A model generated the notes under the pieces. That model did no database searches. It was not told the origin of the DNA and was given only the letters and a program-made list of their open reading frames with translations. Made by a program: the position numbers and the translations under genes. From positions 8,768 through 72,767 of the forward strand of contig JAFQFY010000075.1 in NCBI GenBank assembly GCA_017398485.1: a stretch of 64,000 nucleotides of DNA, read 5' to 3'. The stretch is from Clostridia bacterium (lineage in GTDB: Bacteria; Bacillota; Clostridia; Oscillospirales; Acutalibacteraceae). Of the stretch, positions 9,428-18,436 are shown piece by piece. Position 1 is the first letter of the stretch; each line of letters begins with the position of its first letter.

Positions 9428-10122
9428 GTGAATTGCTGGTTTGCAGAAATCTGACGAAGAAGTTCGGCAGTCTTGCCGCGCTGGATCACGTGGATATCAC
9501 GCTCCAAAGCGGTCGTATCGTGGGTCTCTTGGGTCCAAACGGCTCGGGCAAGACCACACTGATCAAGATTCTCAACGGACTTCTCACCCCCACCGAGGGT
9601 GAGGTGTATATCGACGCAAACGCACCCGGCGTCGAGACGAAAAAGATTGTCGCGTATCTACCTGACAACGTCTACCTTAACGGCTGGATGACGGTGCGGC
9701 AGATCGTCAACTATTTCAAAGATTTCTACGCCGATTTTCGCGAAGAACTTGCCTATGAGATGTTCAAAAAACTGAACATTTCCCCGAACAGCAAGCTCAA
9801 ATCTCTTTCAAAAGGCAACAAGGAGAAGGTGTGTCTCATACTGACGATGAGCCGCAACGCCAAATTGTACGTGCTCGACGAGCCGATCGCCGGCGTTGAT
9901 CCTGCGGCACGCGACTATGTGATCTCCACCATTATCAACAACTACAACCCCGATGCCGTCGTGCTCATCTCCACCCATCTCATTGCGGATATTGAGCAGA
10001 TTCTCGACGAAGTGATCTTCATTCAGAACGGGCGCGTGCTGTTGCAAAAGACCGTCGACGCCATCCGCGAGGAAAACGGCAAGAGTGTCGACGAACTGTT
10101 CCGGGAGGTGTTTAAATGGTAA
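9424..10122 (+). CDS. ABC transporter ATP-binding protein
   Basis: Walker A 'GPNGSGKTT', signature 'LSKGNKEK', Walker B 'LYVLDEP'. True start 'MSELLVCRNL' at 9424; the ORF-track start 9331 lies inside the GntR gene. Confidence 0.9.
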   Translation: MSELLVCRNLTKKFGSLAALDHVDITLQSGRIVGLLGPNGSGKTTLIKILNGLLTPTEGEVYIDANAPGVETKKIVAYLPDNVYLNGWMTVRQIVNYFKDFYADFREELAYEMFKKLNISPNSKLKSLSKGNKEKVCLILTMSRNAKLYVLDEPIAGVDPAARDYVISTIINNYNPDAVVLISTHLIADIEQILDEVIFIQNGRVLLQKTVDAIREENGKSVDELFREVFKW

Positions 10123-10949
10123 AGAAGTTGTTAAAGCACGAGTTTGCCTATTATCTGCGCTCGATGCTCCCTATCTACGCCATACTGTTGCTCGTCGCGA
10201 CGGCAGGCCGTGTCATCCAGTTCTTTGAAGCCGACAACACCGTCTACGACATCTTGTTCGCCATCGCCATGCTCACCTACGTCGGTGCTATCATCGCGGT
10301 GTGCGTGATGACGCTGGTGTTCACCATCACGCGCTTCTATCGCAACCTGTTCACCAGTGAGGGCTATCTCTCCTTCTCCCTGCCGGTCACCCCGACCCAG
10401 CACATATCCACCAAGCTGATCGCCGCCATCGTCACCCACGCGGCGTCCTTTATCGTGACGCTCGTCTCGGTGTGTATCATCACCGCCGGCGACGTGCTCG
10501 CAGAGATCGTCAAAGCGATCGCGTATATATGCAACCAAGCGCCCGTCCTACTCGCGCTGGCATTCGATGCCTACACCGAAGCGCAGTGGAGCGCCAACCT
10601 CTGGCTGTTCGCCATCGAGTTTGTTCTGCTGGTGCTCACGACGACGGTGTATGCACAGTTGCTCTACTACACCTGCATCACGGTCGGTCAGCTCTTCAAC
10701 AAAAACCGTGCGCTCGCCGCGGTCGGCGCCTACGGTGCCTACTATGTGGCGACGGAATCCATCAGCACGGTCGTGGTCGTTGTCGCACAGTTCTTGCCGT
10801 GGGAAGCCATCGGCGAAAACTTCTTTAACGCCCCTATCCCCTATATCCACGCAATGTTGCTCGGTTATCTCGTGCTCAACCTACTCCTGTCGGCCGCGCT
10901 GTTCTTTGTATCCCACACGATCATCCGCCGTCGACTGAATTTGGAATAA
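10116..10949 (+). CDS. multi-pass membrane protein, probable permease partner of the ABC ATPase
   Basis: About 6 hydrophobic helices. GGGAGGTG RBS lies 5 nt before ATG 10116. Overlaps the ATPase stop by 7 nt. Confidence 0.7.
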   Translation: MVKKLLKHEFAYYLRSMLPIYAILLLVATAGRVIQFFEADNTVYDILFAIAMLTYVGAIIAVCVMTLVFTITRFYRNLFTSEGYLSFSLPVTPTQHISTKLIAAIVTHAASFIVTLVSVCIITAGDVLAEIVKAIAYICNQAPVLLALAFDAYTEAQWSANLWLFAIEFVLLVLTTTVYAQLLYYTCITVGQLFNKNRALAAVGAYGAYYVATESISTVVVVVAQFLPWEAIGENFFNAPIPYIHAMLLGYLVLNLLLSAALFFVSHTIIRRRLNLE

Positions 10950-10961
10950 GGAGGGATCCGC

Positions 10962-11798
10962 ATGAAAAAAGCAACGCGACTCATTGCCCTGCTCGCGGCG
11001 TTGGCTCTTATGTGCCTGTCGGTGACCGGCTGTAACGCACTCGACGACATGCGCGCGCGCCACGGCGTATTCACCGAAAACGGCACCATCAAGATCGGTA
11101 ACGCCGAATATATCCGTCTGCCGGAGAACCAATATTTTACTCCTGCAAACGGCGACGAAGATAACGTCTACATCACCACCGACGACGTCCCGGTGCTGCT
11201 GAGCGTCTTGCTCGGTGAGGGATATTATATCAGCGGTGATCGGTTGTTCGTGTATTCTTCCGCTTACGGCGATAGCTTCCACTACTGTCGCGCGGATAAG
11301 CACGCCGAGATCGCCGCGCAATTGGAGGGCGAATTCAACCCCACCGATTATTGCTATACCTACTCGTTCTTCAACCCGAAAACCGAGGTGTACGAGACAC
11401 GCGACTATCAGCTCACCGAAGAGCAGAAGAACGCCGTCAAGCGTATCCTCGCCACCGTTGAAGGCAAGGTGCGTGACGAAAACGCTCATTACTACTACGA
11501 TCACTGCGTATCACTCGAAGCGTGCACGAGCAATATGCTGTTGCGAGACTGGCGATACGATATTGAAGTGTATAACAGCACCTATTATCTCGTCACGAAA
11601 AATAACGGCCTCGCCTACACCGTGCCGGAGGCATACAACGAGGTGTTCGGGAGTATCTTGGCACCGATGCTCGAAGCAGAAAAAGCCGAAAAGGAATATT
11701 TCGGTGACTATTACGACGACTTCTACGACGAGGACATCGACTACGACGACTTCTACGACGACGAGGACATCGACTACGACGATATGTTGCTCATTTAA
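10962..11798 (+). CDS. lipoprotein with acidic Asp/Tyr-rich repetitive C-terminal tail, unknown function
   Basis: Signal peptide plus lipobox 'LSVTGC'. AAGGAGGG RBS. Tail is 'DDFYDEDIDYDDFYDDEDIDYDD'. Confidence 0.75.
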   Translation: MKKATRLIALLAALALMCLSVTGCNALDDMRARHGVFTENGTIKIGNAEYIRLPENQYFTPANGDEDNVYITTDDVPVLLSVLLGEGYYISGDRLFVYSSAYGDSFHYCRADKHAEIAAQLEGEFNPTDYCYTYSFFNPKTEVYETRDYQLTEEQKNAVKRILATVEGKVRDENAHYYYDHCVSLEACTSNMLLRDWRYDIEVYNSTYYLVTKNNGLAYTVPEAYNEVFGSILAPMLEAEKAEKEYFGDYYDDFYDEDIDYDDFYDDEDIDYDDMLLI

Positions 11799-11842
11799 CG
11801 AAACAAAAACACTCCCCGCCGCTCGGCGGGGAGTGTTTGCCT

Positions 11843-12760
11843 TTATTTGAGGAAGCCGCTGACGATCTGCTCTTCCGCCTCCTGCTCGGTGAGTCCGAGG
11901 GTCATGAGCTTGATGAGCTGCTCGCCGGCGATCTTACCGATCGCGGCCTCGTGAATGAGCGCCGCTTCGAGATGGTTGGCGGTGACTTCGGGGATCGCGC
12001 TGACACAGGCGTCGTCCATGATGATCGCATCACACTCGGTGTGTCCCGAACAACGGTTGTTGCCGTTGATGCGCGAGCGGAACACCTGCTTGGAGTTCCC
12101 TTTCGCCACCGAACGGGACATGACGTTTGCACTGCAATCCACGCCGTCCATATCGACGGTAAAATCCGTCTCGGCATACTGCTTACCATGGGTCATGATC
12201 TTTTCCTTGACGATAAGGGTTGCACCGTCACCGAGCTTACCCTTGGTCACGCGCACGGTGGAGGAAATGCCCTTGATCTGGGTGGTCTCCATCTCCATAT
12301 ACGCGTCCTCGCCGAGTTCGACCACGGTGGTAGGGTTCATGACGTTTTCGCCGTTGCCGTCCCCGTCGCCGTAGTGCTTCTCGATATAGCGCAGGCGCGC
12401 GCCCTTGGCAAGATGGAACGAGTGGATGCCGTCGTGGCGCGATTCGTCGTCGCCGGCGTTGTGAATACCGCATCCGGCCACGATGGTGATATCGGCGTCC
12501 TCGCCGATATAGAAATCGTTGTACACGAGGTCCTGCAAGCCCGTCTGACTGATAAGTACGGGGATATGCACGCTTTCGTTCTTGGTGCCGGGCTTGATAA
12601 TGATATCAATACCGGGCTTGTCCGTCTTGGTGACGATGTCAATATTTTCGGTCGTTGCACGACCCGAGAGCTGCCCGTTGGCACGGATGTTGTACGCGCC
12701 CTGCGGCACGTCGTGCAGATCCGTGATCTGTTCGAGCAGATTTTTTTCGATCTTATCCAT
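11843..12760 (-). CDS. SufB/SufD-family Fe-S cluster assembly protein (short form)
   Basis: 305 aa with a beta-helix-type repetitive core. C-terminus 'HEAAIGKIAGEQLIKLMTLGLTEQEAEEQIVSGFL' is typical of SufB/D. Adjacent to a SufC-like ATPase. Confidence 0.75.
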   Translation of the reverse strand: MDKIEKNLLEQITDLHDVPQGAYNIRANGQLSGRATTENIDIVTKTDKPGIDIIIKPGTKNESVHIPVLISQTGLQDLVYNDFYIGEDADITIVAGCGIHNAGDDESRHDGIHSFHLAKGARLRYIEKHYGDGDGNGENVMNPTTVVELGEDAYMEMETTQIKGISSTVRVTKGKLGDGATLIVKEKIMTHGKQYAETDFTVDMDGVDCSANVMSRSVAKGNSKQVFRSRINGNNRCSGHTECDAIIMDDACVSAIPEVTANHLEAALIHEAAIGKIAGEQLIKLMTLGLTEQEAEEQIVSGFLK

Positions 12761-12772
12761 AGCTTGTACCTC

Positions 12773-13495
12773 TTATAACTTCTCCGTCAGCACCGAGCAG
12801 GTCTCGTGGTTGCTGAGCAGCTCCGGCAGGATATCCTCACGCGCGCCGTCGGCACGCACGCGACCGTCTGCGATGACGATGACGCGGTCCGCAATATTGA
12901 GAATACGCTCCTGATGGGAGATGATCATGATCGAGCCGCCGAGCTTTTGATGCATCTTCTCAAACACCTGAATGAGGTTGTTGAAGCTCCACAGGTCAAT
13001 GCCTGCCTCCGGCTCGTCAAAGAGCGAAAATTTCGTGCCGCGCGCCATGATCATGGCGATCTCAATGCGCTTAAGCTCGCCGCCCGAAAGGCTGGCGTTG
13101 ATCTCGCGCCCGATATATTCGCGCGCGCACAGACCCACCTCCGACAGATACGCGCACGCCTCGGACACCGAGATCTCGCGGCCTGCCGCGAGGGTGATGA
13201 GGTCGCGCACCGTCAGACCCTTAAAGCGCACCGGCTGCTGGAACGCAAAACTGATGCCCAAGCGTGCGCGCTCGGTGATAGTCTTGTCGGTGATGTCCTC
13301 GCCGTCAAGCAGGATGCGACCCGCAGTCGGCGTGACGATACCGGCGATGACGCGCGCGAGGGTGGATTTACCGCCGCCGTTAGGGCCGGTCAGCGCCACG
13401 AAGCGCTCGTTGATGGTGAGATTGATATCTTTGAGTATCTCGCGCTTAACGCCGTTGTCCTCAACGACGAACGAGATGTTTTGCAATTCGAGCAT
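12773..13495 (-). CDS. sufC: SufC-like ABC ATPase
   Basis: Walker A 'GPNGGGKST', 'FAFQQPV', signature 'LSGGELKR', Walker B 'FSLFDEPEAGID'. Start 'MLELQNISF' at 13495; the ORF-track start 13687 overlaps the upstream gene. Confidence 0.8.
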   Translation of the reverse strand: MLELQNISFVVEDNGVKREILKDINLTINERFVALTGPNGGGKSTLARVIAGIVTPTAGRILLDGEDITDKTITERARLGISFAFQQPVRFKGLTVRDLITLAAGREISVSEACAYLSEVGLCAREYIGREINASLSGGELKRIEIAMIMARGTKFSLFDEPEAGIDLWSFNNLIQVFEKMHQKLGGSIMIISHQERILNIADRVIVIADGRVRADGAREDILPELLSNHETCSVLTEKL

Positions 13496-13502
13496 AGAGC
13501 GT

Positions 13503-14183
13503 TTATTCCTCCACTGCGGTGCCGACAACCTCGATCTCGTAGGTGAGCTTCTCGAGGGTGGCGTCCTTGACCTTAACGTGTTCCGGTTTGATGTACATGG
13601 TATAGGTGTTATACTGCTGTGCGCCGACGCGGTAGGTCTCATCGATCGCCTCGGTGTAGCCGCTGGCAATGAGCTCGCCCGTGTCACCGTTGGAGATCTT
13701 GACCGAAAGCGAATCGAGCTTGCGCGTGTCCTCGGTGCCGTTGCCCAGCGTCATGTTGACGCACAGATAGTCACCCTTGGTATAGAACACCTCGTTGACG
13801 ACGCAGGAAATGCCGTCCTCCTCCAACGAAGGAAGCGCCTCAAGGTCGTAGAAATGGGCGGTGTTGGTCTCGCTCGGGTCGTACACGGCATTGTTGTTCT
13901 CTCGCGCGATCTGCACGCCGACGACCACACCGCAGATCGCAATAACGCTCAACGCAATACCCAGCATGATGAGCGTATCCTTGCGCCCTGCCTTACGATC
14001 CGCCTTGCGCGCCGCGCGTTCGGCGCGACGCGCATCACGCAGCGCTTGAATCTCGCGCGCGCGCTGTTCTTTGCGCTGTGCTTTTATCTCCTCGCGAGAT
14101 TGCGAGCGACCAAATATCCCCAGCTCCTCGTTGAGTTCAACGTCAGAGCTTATTTTTGTCGAATTCTTCTTATTCTTCGCCAT
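13503..14183 (-). CDS. membrane-anchored protein of unknown function (Lys/Arg-rich N-terminus, one TM helix)
   Basis: AAAGGACG RBS before ATG 14183 ('MAKNKKNS'). TM helix 'LIMLGIALSVIAICGVVVGVQI'. No family recognised. Confidence 0.6.
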   Translation of the reverse strand: MAKNKKNSTKISSDVELNEELGIFGRSQSREEIKAQRKEQRAREIQALRDARRAERAARKADRKAGRKDTLIMLGIALSVIAICGVVVGVQIARENNNAVYDPSETNTAHFYDLEALPSLEEDGISCVVNEVFYTKGDYLCVNMTLGNGTEDTRKLDSLSVKISNGDTGELIASGYTEAIDETYRVGAQQYNTYTMYIKPEHVKVKDATLEKLTYEIEVVGTAVEE

Positions 14184-14280
14184 GAAAGCACGTCCTTTCA
14201 TACAAATACCTATTCCGTATCATTTTACACGAATTTATGTGCTTTGTAAAGCAAAAACGGCAAAATTCTCAAAACAAAAA

Positions 14281-14300
14281 GGCAGGACGAACGTCCTGCC
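14281..14300 (-). terminator. rho-independent terminator of the small membrane-protein gene
   Basis: Perfect hairpin GGCAGGACG-a-CGTCCTGCC followed on the minus strand by TTTTTGTTTT. Confidence 0.8.
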
Positions 14301-14305
14301 TTCAC

Positions 14306-14485
14306 TCAAAACATATCCGTCACGTTTTCCAGCAGATCTCCGATGGAATGCAGCGTTCTCCCGGCGTTGCGTTTGAGCCCTTTTTTGTTCTTTTTCACAT
14401 AGCAGGTGCCGACCACGCCGACCGCAACGCCGACCGCGACGCCCATGCCCATCCCTTTCATGAAATTGCAGAATGTCTTGCGCAT
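14306..14485 (-). CDS. 59-aa small membrane protein (below the ORF-track cutoff)
   Basis: My translation is MRKTFCNFMKGMGMGVAVGVAVGVVGTCYVKKNKKGLKRNAGRTLHSIGDLLENVTDMF. AAAGGAGG RBS lies about 8 nt upstream and a terminator follows immediately. Confidence 0.6.
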   Translation of the reverse strand: MRKTFCNFMKGMGMGVAVGVAVGVVGTCYVKKNKKGLKRNAGRTLHSIGDLLENVTDMF

Positions 14486-14618
14486 ACCCTACGCCTCCTT
14501 TCGGGTATAGTTTGAACAAAACGCGAGAAATTATCACGCGCAGCGTGATTTTTGTTGCACGAAGAGCGAAAATATGGTAGGATATCTACCGAACACAAGC
14601 AAAAAAGGAAGTGAGCGT

Positions 14619-15065
14619 ATGGCAACGCTGAATATCGTGTTGGTCGAGCCGGAGATCCCACAGAACACCGGCAACATCAGCCGCACCTGCGCCGCGACGG
14701 GCGCGCGCCTGCACCTTGTCGAGCCGCTGGGCTTTCGCATCGACGATAAAAAGTTGAAACGTGCCGGCCTCGACTACTGGCATCTGCTGGACATCACCTA
14801 CTACAAGAACCTCGACGACTTTTTCGCGCGCAATAAGGGTCCGTTCTATTATTTTTCCACCAAGGCAAAGCATATTCACTCGGATGTCACCTACCCCGAC
14901 GGCGCGTATCTCGTCTTCGGCAAGGAGACCAAGGGTCTGCCCGAGTGGCTGCTGCACGACAATCCCGACTCCTGCGTGCGCCTGCCGATGATCAACAACG
15001 ACGCGGCGCGTTCGCTCAATCTCTCCAACTCCGTGGCGGTCGGCGTGTACGAGGTGTTGCGCTAG
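14619..15065 (+). CDS. trmL: tRNA (cytidine/uridine-2'-O-)-methyltransferase TrmL (SpoU family)
   Basis: 'LNIVLVEPEIPQNTGNISRTCAATGARLHLVEPLGF..DDKKLKRAGLDYW' matches the TrmL N-terminal pattern. ATG 14619 follows AAGGAAG. Confidence 0.88.
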   Translation: MATLNIVLVEPEIPQNTGNISRTCAATGARLHLVEPLGFRIDDKKLKRAGLDYWHLLDITYYKNLDDFFARNKGPFYYFSTKAKHIHSDVTYPDGAYLVFGKETKGLPEWLLHDNPDSCVRLPMINNDAARSLNLSNSVAVGVYEVLR

Positions 15066-15123
15066 TGGAACTACCCCGATCTGCGCACCGAGGGACACCT
15101 GACACAATACGAGGATTAACCCC

Positions 15124-15159
15124 ATTCCCTGCTCGCTTTGGCGCGCAGGGAATTTTTTT
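15124..15159 (+). terminator. rho-independent terminator after trmL
   Basis: Arms ATTCCCTG / CAGGGAAT followed by a T7 run. Confidence 0.8.
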
Positions 15160-15160
15160 G

Positions 15161-15190
15161 TTGACAAATCGGTCTATCGATGATAGACTA
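15161..15190 (+). promoter_or_regulatory. promoter TTGACA-17-TAGACT overlapped by a 7-bp-arm palindrome (candidate BlaI-family operator)
   Basis: -35 at 15161-15166. Palindrome GTCTATC-gat-GATAGAC at 15172-15188. A third ATAGAC half-site lies at 15212-15217. Confidence 0.55.
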
Positions 15191-15233
15191 AACTTGTAAG
15201 GTTTACTGACAATAGACCAAAGGAGTGTTGAGT

Positions 15234-15596
15234 ATGGACGATCTGCGTTTAGGCGTCGTGGAGGCGCGGTTTGCGGACATCGTGTGGGCGCACGCGCCCA
15301 TCGCCTCGGGAGAACTCGTGCGGTTGTGCGGACAGGAACTGGAATGGAAAAAGTCCACCACCTACACCGTCCTGCGCAAGCTGTGCGACCGCGGAATTTT
15401 CCAAAACGAGGGCGGCGTGGTGAGTGCCCTGCTCACGCGCGACGCGTTTTACGCCGCACAAAGCCGACGCTTCGTCGAGCAGACCTTTGACGGCTCGTTG
15501 CCGGCGTTTCTCGCCGCGTTTACGGGCGGTCGGGCGCTGACCGATAAGGAGATCGCTGAAATTCAGCAGTTGATCGACGCACACAAGGAGGGATGA
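15234..15596 (+). CDS. BlaI/MecI/CopY-family transcriptional repressor
   Basis: About 120 aa winged helix ('EWKKSTTYTVLRKLCDRGIFQNE'). AAAGGAG RBS before ATG 15234. Stop overlaps the downstream M56 gene start (ATGA). Confidence 0.85.
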   Translation: MDDLRLGVVEARFADIVWAHAPIASGELVRLCGQELEWKKSTTYTVLRKLCDRGIFQNEGGVVSALLTRDAFYAAQSRRFVEQTFDGSLPAFLAAFTGGRALTDKEIAEIQQLIDAHKEG

Positions 15597-18394
15597 GCAT
15601 GCAAGCGGTATTTCTGCAAATCCTCAACATGAGCCTGACGGCAAGCTGGCTGGTGCTCGCCGTGGTTATCCTGCGCGTGCTGCTCAAACGCGCGCCCAAA
15701 GCGATCCGCTGCGTGCTGTGGGCGTTTGTCGGCCTTCGTCTGGCGTGTCCGTTCTCCATCGAGAGCGCGCTGAGCCTCATTCCGAGCGCCAAACCGATCC
15801 CCGACACCATCACCACCGACGCCACGCCGACCATCAACAGCGGCGTGCCGGCGGTCAACGCCGTAGTCAACCCTGTACTGTCCCAAAGCTTTACACCAAA
15901 TCCCGGCGACAGCGTTAACCCCATGCAGATACTCGCCTTTGTTGCCGCCGTAGCATGGCTGGTCGGCATCGCGGTGTTGCTTGTCTACGCCGCGGTGAGC
16001 TTTTGGCGCGTGCGACGGCAGGTGGGTGCAAGCCTGCATCTGCGCGACAACGTATACCTCTGTGACGGTCTGCCCTCCCCTTTTATCCTCGGCATCCTGC
16101 GTCCGCGCATCTATCTGCCGACGGGTCTCGACGACGAGGCAACCGCCCATATCCTCGCGCACGAGCAGGCACACCTGCGCCGCCGCGACCATTGGTGGAA
16201 GCCGCTGGGGTATCTGCTTTTGACGGTGCACTGGTTTAACCCGATCGTATGGGTGGCGTATATCCTACTGTGCCGCGACATTGAGCTCGCCTGCGACGAG
16301 CGCGTCGCGCGTACCCTCGACGAGGACGGCAAAGCCGCCTATTCGAGCACCCTGCTCGCCTGTGGCGCGCACCGCCGCATGGTCACCGCCTGCCCCCTCG
16401 CGTTCGGCGAGGTCGGCATCAAGGCGCGCGTCAAATCGGTGCTCAGCTATAAAAAGCCGACGCTTTGGATCCTGCTCGCCGCAGTTCTTGCCGCCGTCGC
16501 GGTCGCCATCGGGTTTTTGACCAACCCGACAAACAAGATGCCGCCCGACGGCACCTACCGCGCCGAACAAAGCGTCTGCATCGTGGATCACGGCTCGGTC
16601 TCCTCCTACGGTATGCTAAACGATCTCGACTGGCGTGTCAAAGGCGGTTCCCTATGGGCTCTCTACGACGGCAGTTTATCTGAAACAAATCTCGGTGAGT
16701 TAGAGTCCTTTACGCTGACCGAGGAGAATTTCGATAACTTCTTCAAGCAGGAATTGCGTCCCGATAGCCATTTCGTCGACTGGCGCGTCGACACGGACGC
16801 CGCCACCCTGCGTATGCAAACGAAACGCGCGTGGCGTTGCAAGCAAACAGAGCATAACGAATACTATTACATCCTGCAAGCGCGCGATGGCAGCTACTAC
16901 GCCTGCTACGGCGTATCGGCAGACGTGGTGTCCGACATTGCACGCAACTACGCGTATATCACCAGGCTCAACCTTACCACCGCCGACGGCGTGTTGCCCA
17001 AAACCGGCCTGTACGAACCGGGCGAAGTGCTCTGCCGTTTTGAAGGCGAGACATACGGTTTCAACCAAAATGCATCCTCGTTATTCATCGATAACGGTAC
17101 ATTATTTCTGTTAGGCGACGCCGGAAATTTGGAAATCGGAAAATTCGAGCCATTCACACCGAACAAAGAGAATTTCGACGCATTCTTTAAATCCCGCGGC
17201 AACGTTGTCGGAAACATGGTATGGAATGCCGACTCCTCTGCCGCCGAACTGCGCCAAAACACACATGCCGCATGGCGAATCGTCACCACCAACGGACACC
17301 CCTGCTATTATTATCTGCTGGAAATGAATAACGGCGAACTGATTTTCTGTGACGGCATGAGCGATACCGTCATGCACAATTTCTTCATCGTCAACAAAAT
17401 CGCACCCATCAAAGGCTTCTGCGCCACGGTGTTGGAGGTGCAGCAAAACCATCTGCTCGTCGCACCGTTTGAGGGAGAGGAGATCCGCCGCTGTTCCGAC
17501 AGGATCGAGGTGCCGACGAGTCTGCTTTCCTACGAAGTGCCCGAGTTGTACAGCGGTGACCAAGTGTGGATCGGTTACGACGGCGACGTACAGGACACCT
17601 ACCCTGCCCGTTTGGCGAGCTTGCCGATTTCCATCGTACATATCAAAGGACACCGCGATCTCTCCACCGTCGGCACCTATGCCGTTGAGATCACCGAATC
17701 GCGTAATGATCGGCTCGAAACGGTCTATACGCGCAAAGAAGGCGTCGAAGAGGACTACAACCTCCACTATTTCACCATCAACGACGCGACCATCGTCATC
17801 GGCAACAAGCCCGTCAGCCTTAAAACGGCGCTCGCAAACGGTAGTATCACCACAGCGCAGTTACTGCTGCAAGCCAACAAGGACGCCAACGCCGACATTT
17901 GTCACGAAGATGCGTACGATGACGGCGGCTCGATCCTGTACTCGTATGACGGCTACCGTCTGCTGCTGCGATACAGCAACACTGAATGGGGCGACGCGAC
18001 GACGGGTCTGTACGACCTGTATCTGATGTCCCACTACGGCTCTCTTGATACGCTTGAACGCGTGTTGTACGGCGAAACGGAAGATACGGGCAGTACGACG
18101 ACCACAGCCGCTACGACCGTGTCCACCACCACCACGAAAAGAGTGCCGGACACCTGCAAGGTCAACCCGACGGTCATCGTCGCGATCGAGGGCGACCGGG
18201 TCATCGTCGACGCCAAAGACCATTATATCCACGTAAACGACAGCCGCTATAACGGCTACGACCGTTATGCGTTCGCCGTCGACAACATCGGTGATTTTCA
18301 GGTCGGCGATAAGGTGAAAGTCGTCCACGACGGCTCCTTCACCGACGGCGAGCCGCCGCGCGGCAGACTGCTCTCCATCAGCCGCATAGAATAA
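15593..18394 (+). CDS. BlaR1/MecR1-like M56 metalloprotease signal transducer with a 620-aa non-PBP extracellular region
   Basis: TM helices plus the zinc motif 'HEQAHLRRRDHWWK' (aa 189-202) and a last TM at about aa 290-310. The C-terminal region has an internal duplication, a Thr-rich linker and two small 'GDxVxV..DG...(S/T)YP'-type domains. Confidence 0.8.
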   Translation: MSMQAVFLQILNMSLTASWLVLAVVILRVLLKRAPKAIRCVLWAFVGLRLACPFSIESALSLIPSAKPIPDTITTDATPTINSGVPAVNAVVNPVLSQSFTPNPGDSVNPMQILAFVAAVAWLVGIAVLLVYAAVSFWRVRRQVGASLHLRDNVYLCDGLPSPFILGILRPRIYLPTGLDDEATAHILAHEQAHLRRRDHWWKPLGYLLLTVHWFNPIVWVAYILLCRDIELACDERVARTLDEDGKAAYSSTLLACGAHRRMVTACPLAFGEVGIKARVKSVLSYKKPTLWILLAAVLAAVAVAIGFLTNPTNKMPPDGTYRAEQSVCIVDHGSVSSYGMLNDLDWRVKGGSLWALYDGSLSETNLGELESFTLTEENFDNFFKQELRPDSHFVDWRVDTDAATLRMQTKRAWRCKQTEHNEYYYILQARDGSYYACYGVSADVVSDIARNYAYITRLNLTTADGVLPKTGLYEPGEVLCRFEGETYGFNQNASSLFIDNGTLFLLGDAGNLEIGKFEPFTPNKENFDAFFKSRGNVVGNMVWNADSSAAELRQNTHAAWRIVTTNGHPCYYYLLEMNNGELIFCDGMSDTVMHNFFIVNKIAPIKGFCATVLEVQQNHLLVAPFEGEEIRRCSDRIEVPTSLLSYEVPELYSGDQVWIGYDGDVQDTYPARLASLPISIVHIKGHRDLSTVGTYAVEITESRNDRLETVYTRKEGVEEDYNLHYFTINDATIVIGNKPVSLKTALANGSITTAQLLLQANKDANADICHEDAYDDGGSILYSYDGYRLLLRYSNTEWGDATTGLYDLYLMSHYGSLDTLERVLYGETEDTGSTTTTAATTVSTTTTKRVPDTCKVNPTVIVAIEGDRVIVDAKDHYIHVNDSRYNGYDRYAFAVDNIGDFQVGDKVKVVHDGSFTDGEPPRGRLLSISRIE

Positions 18395-18397
18395 GCC

Positions 18398-18436
18398 AAA
18401 AAAAGAAGCTCCCTACCGTGTAGGGAGCTTCTTTTT
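18398..18436. terminator. bidirectional rho-independent terminator between the BlaR1-like gene and the ABC exporter
   Basis: A7-GAAGCTCCCTA-ccgtg-TAGGGAGCTTC-T5. Confidence 0.85.

Noticed and set aside
12773-13687. N-terminal extensions in the ORF track (also 33996-35147, 46513-47394, 59902-60912, 9331-10122, 35742-38243)
   Set aside because: The extended parts overlap the upstream gene, are Arg/Ser/Pro-rich junk and lack an RBS. I moved the starts to internal ATGs that align with homologue N-termini and sit at coupled stop-start junctions.
14533-14554. Terminator-like hairpin ATCACGC-gca-GCGTGAT plus T5 on the plus strand with no upstream plus-strand gene (possible sRNA end)
   Set aside because: I could find no convincing promoter in the 47 nt upstream. 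It may simply insulate the divergent trmL promoter. The evidence is too weak to call an RNA gene.
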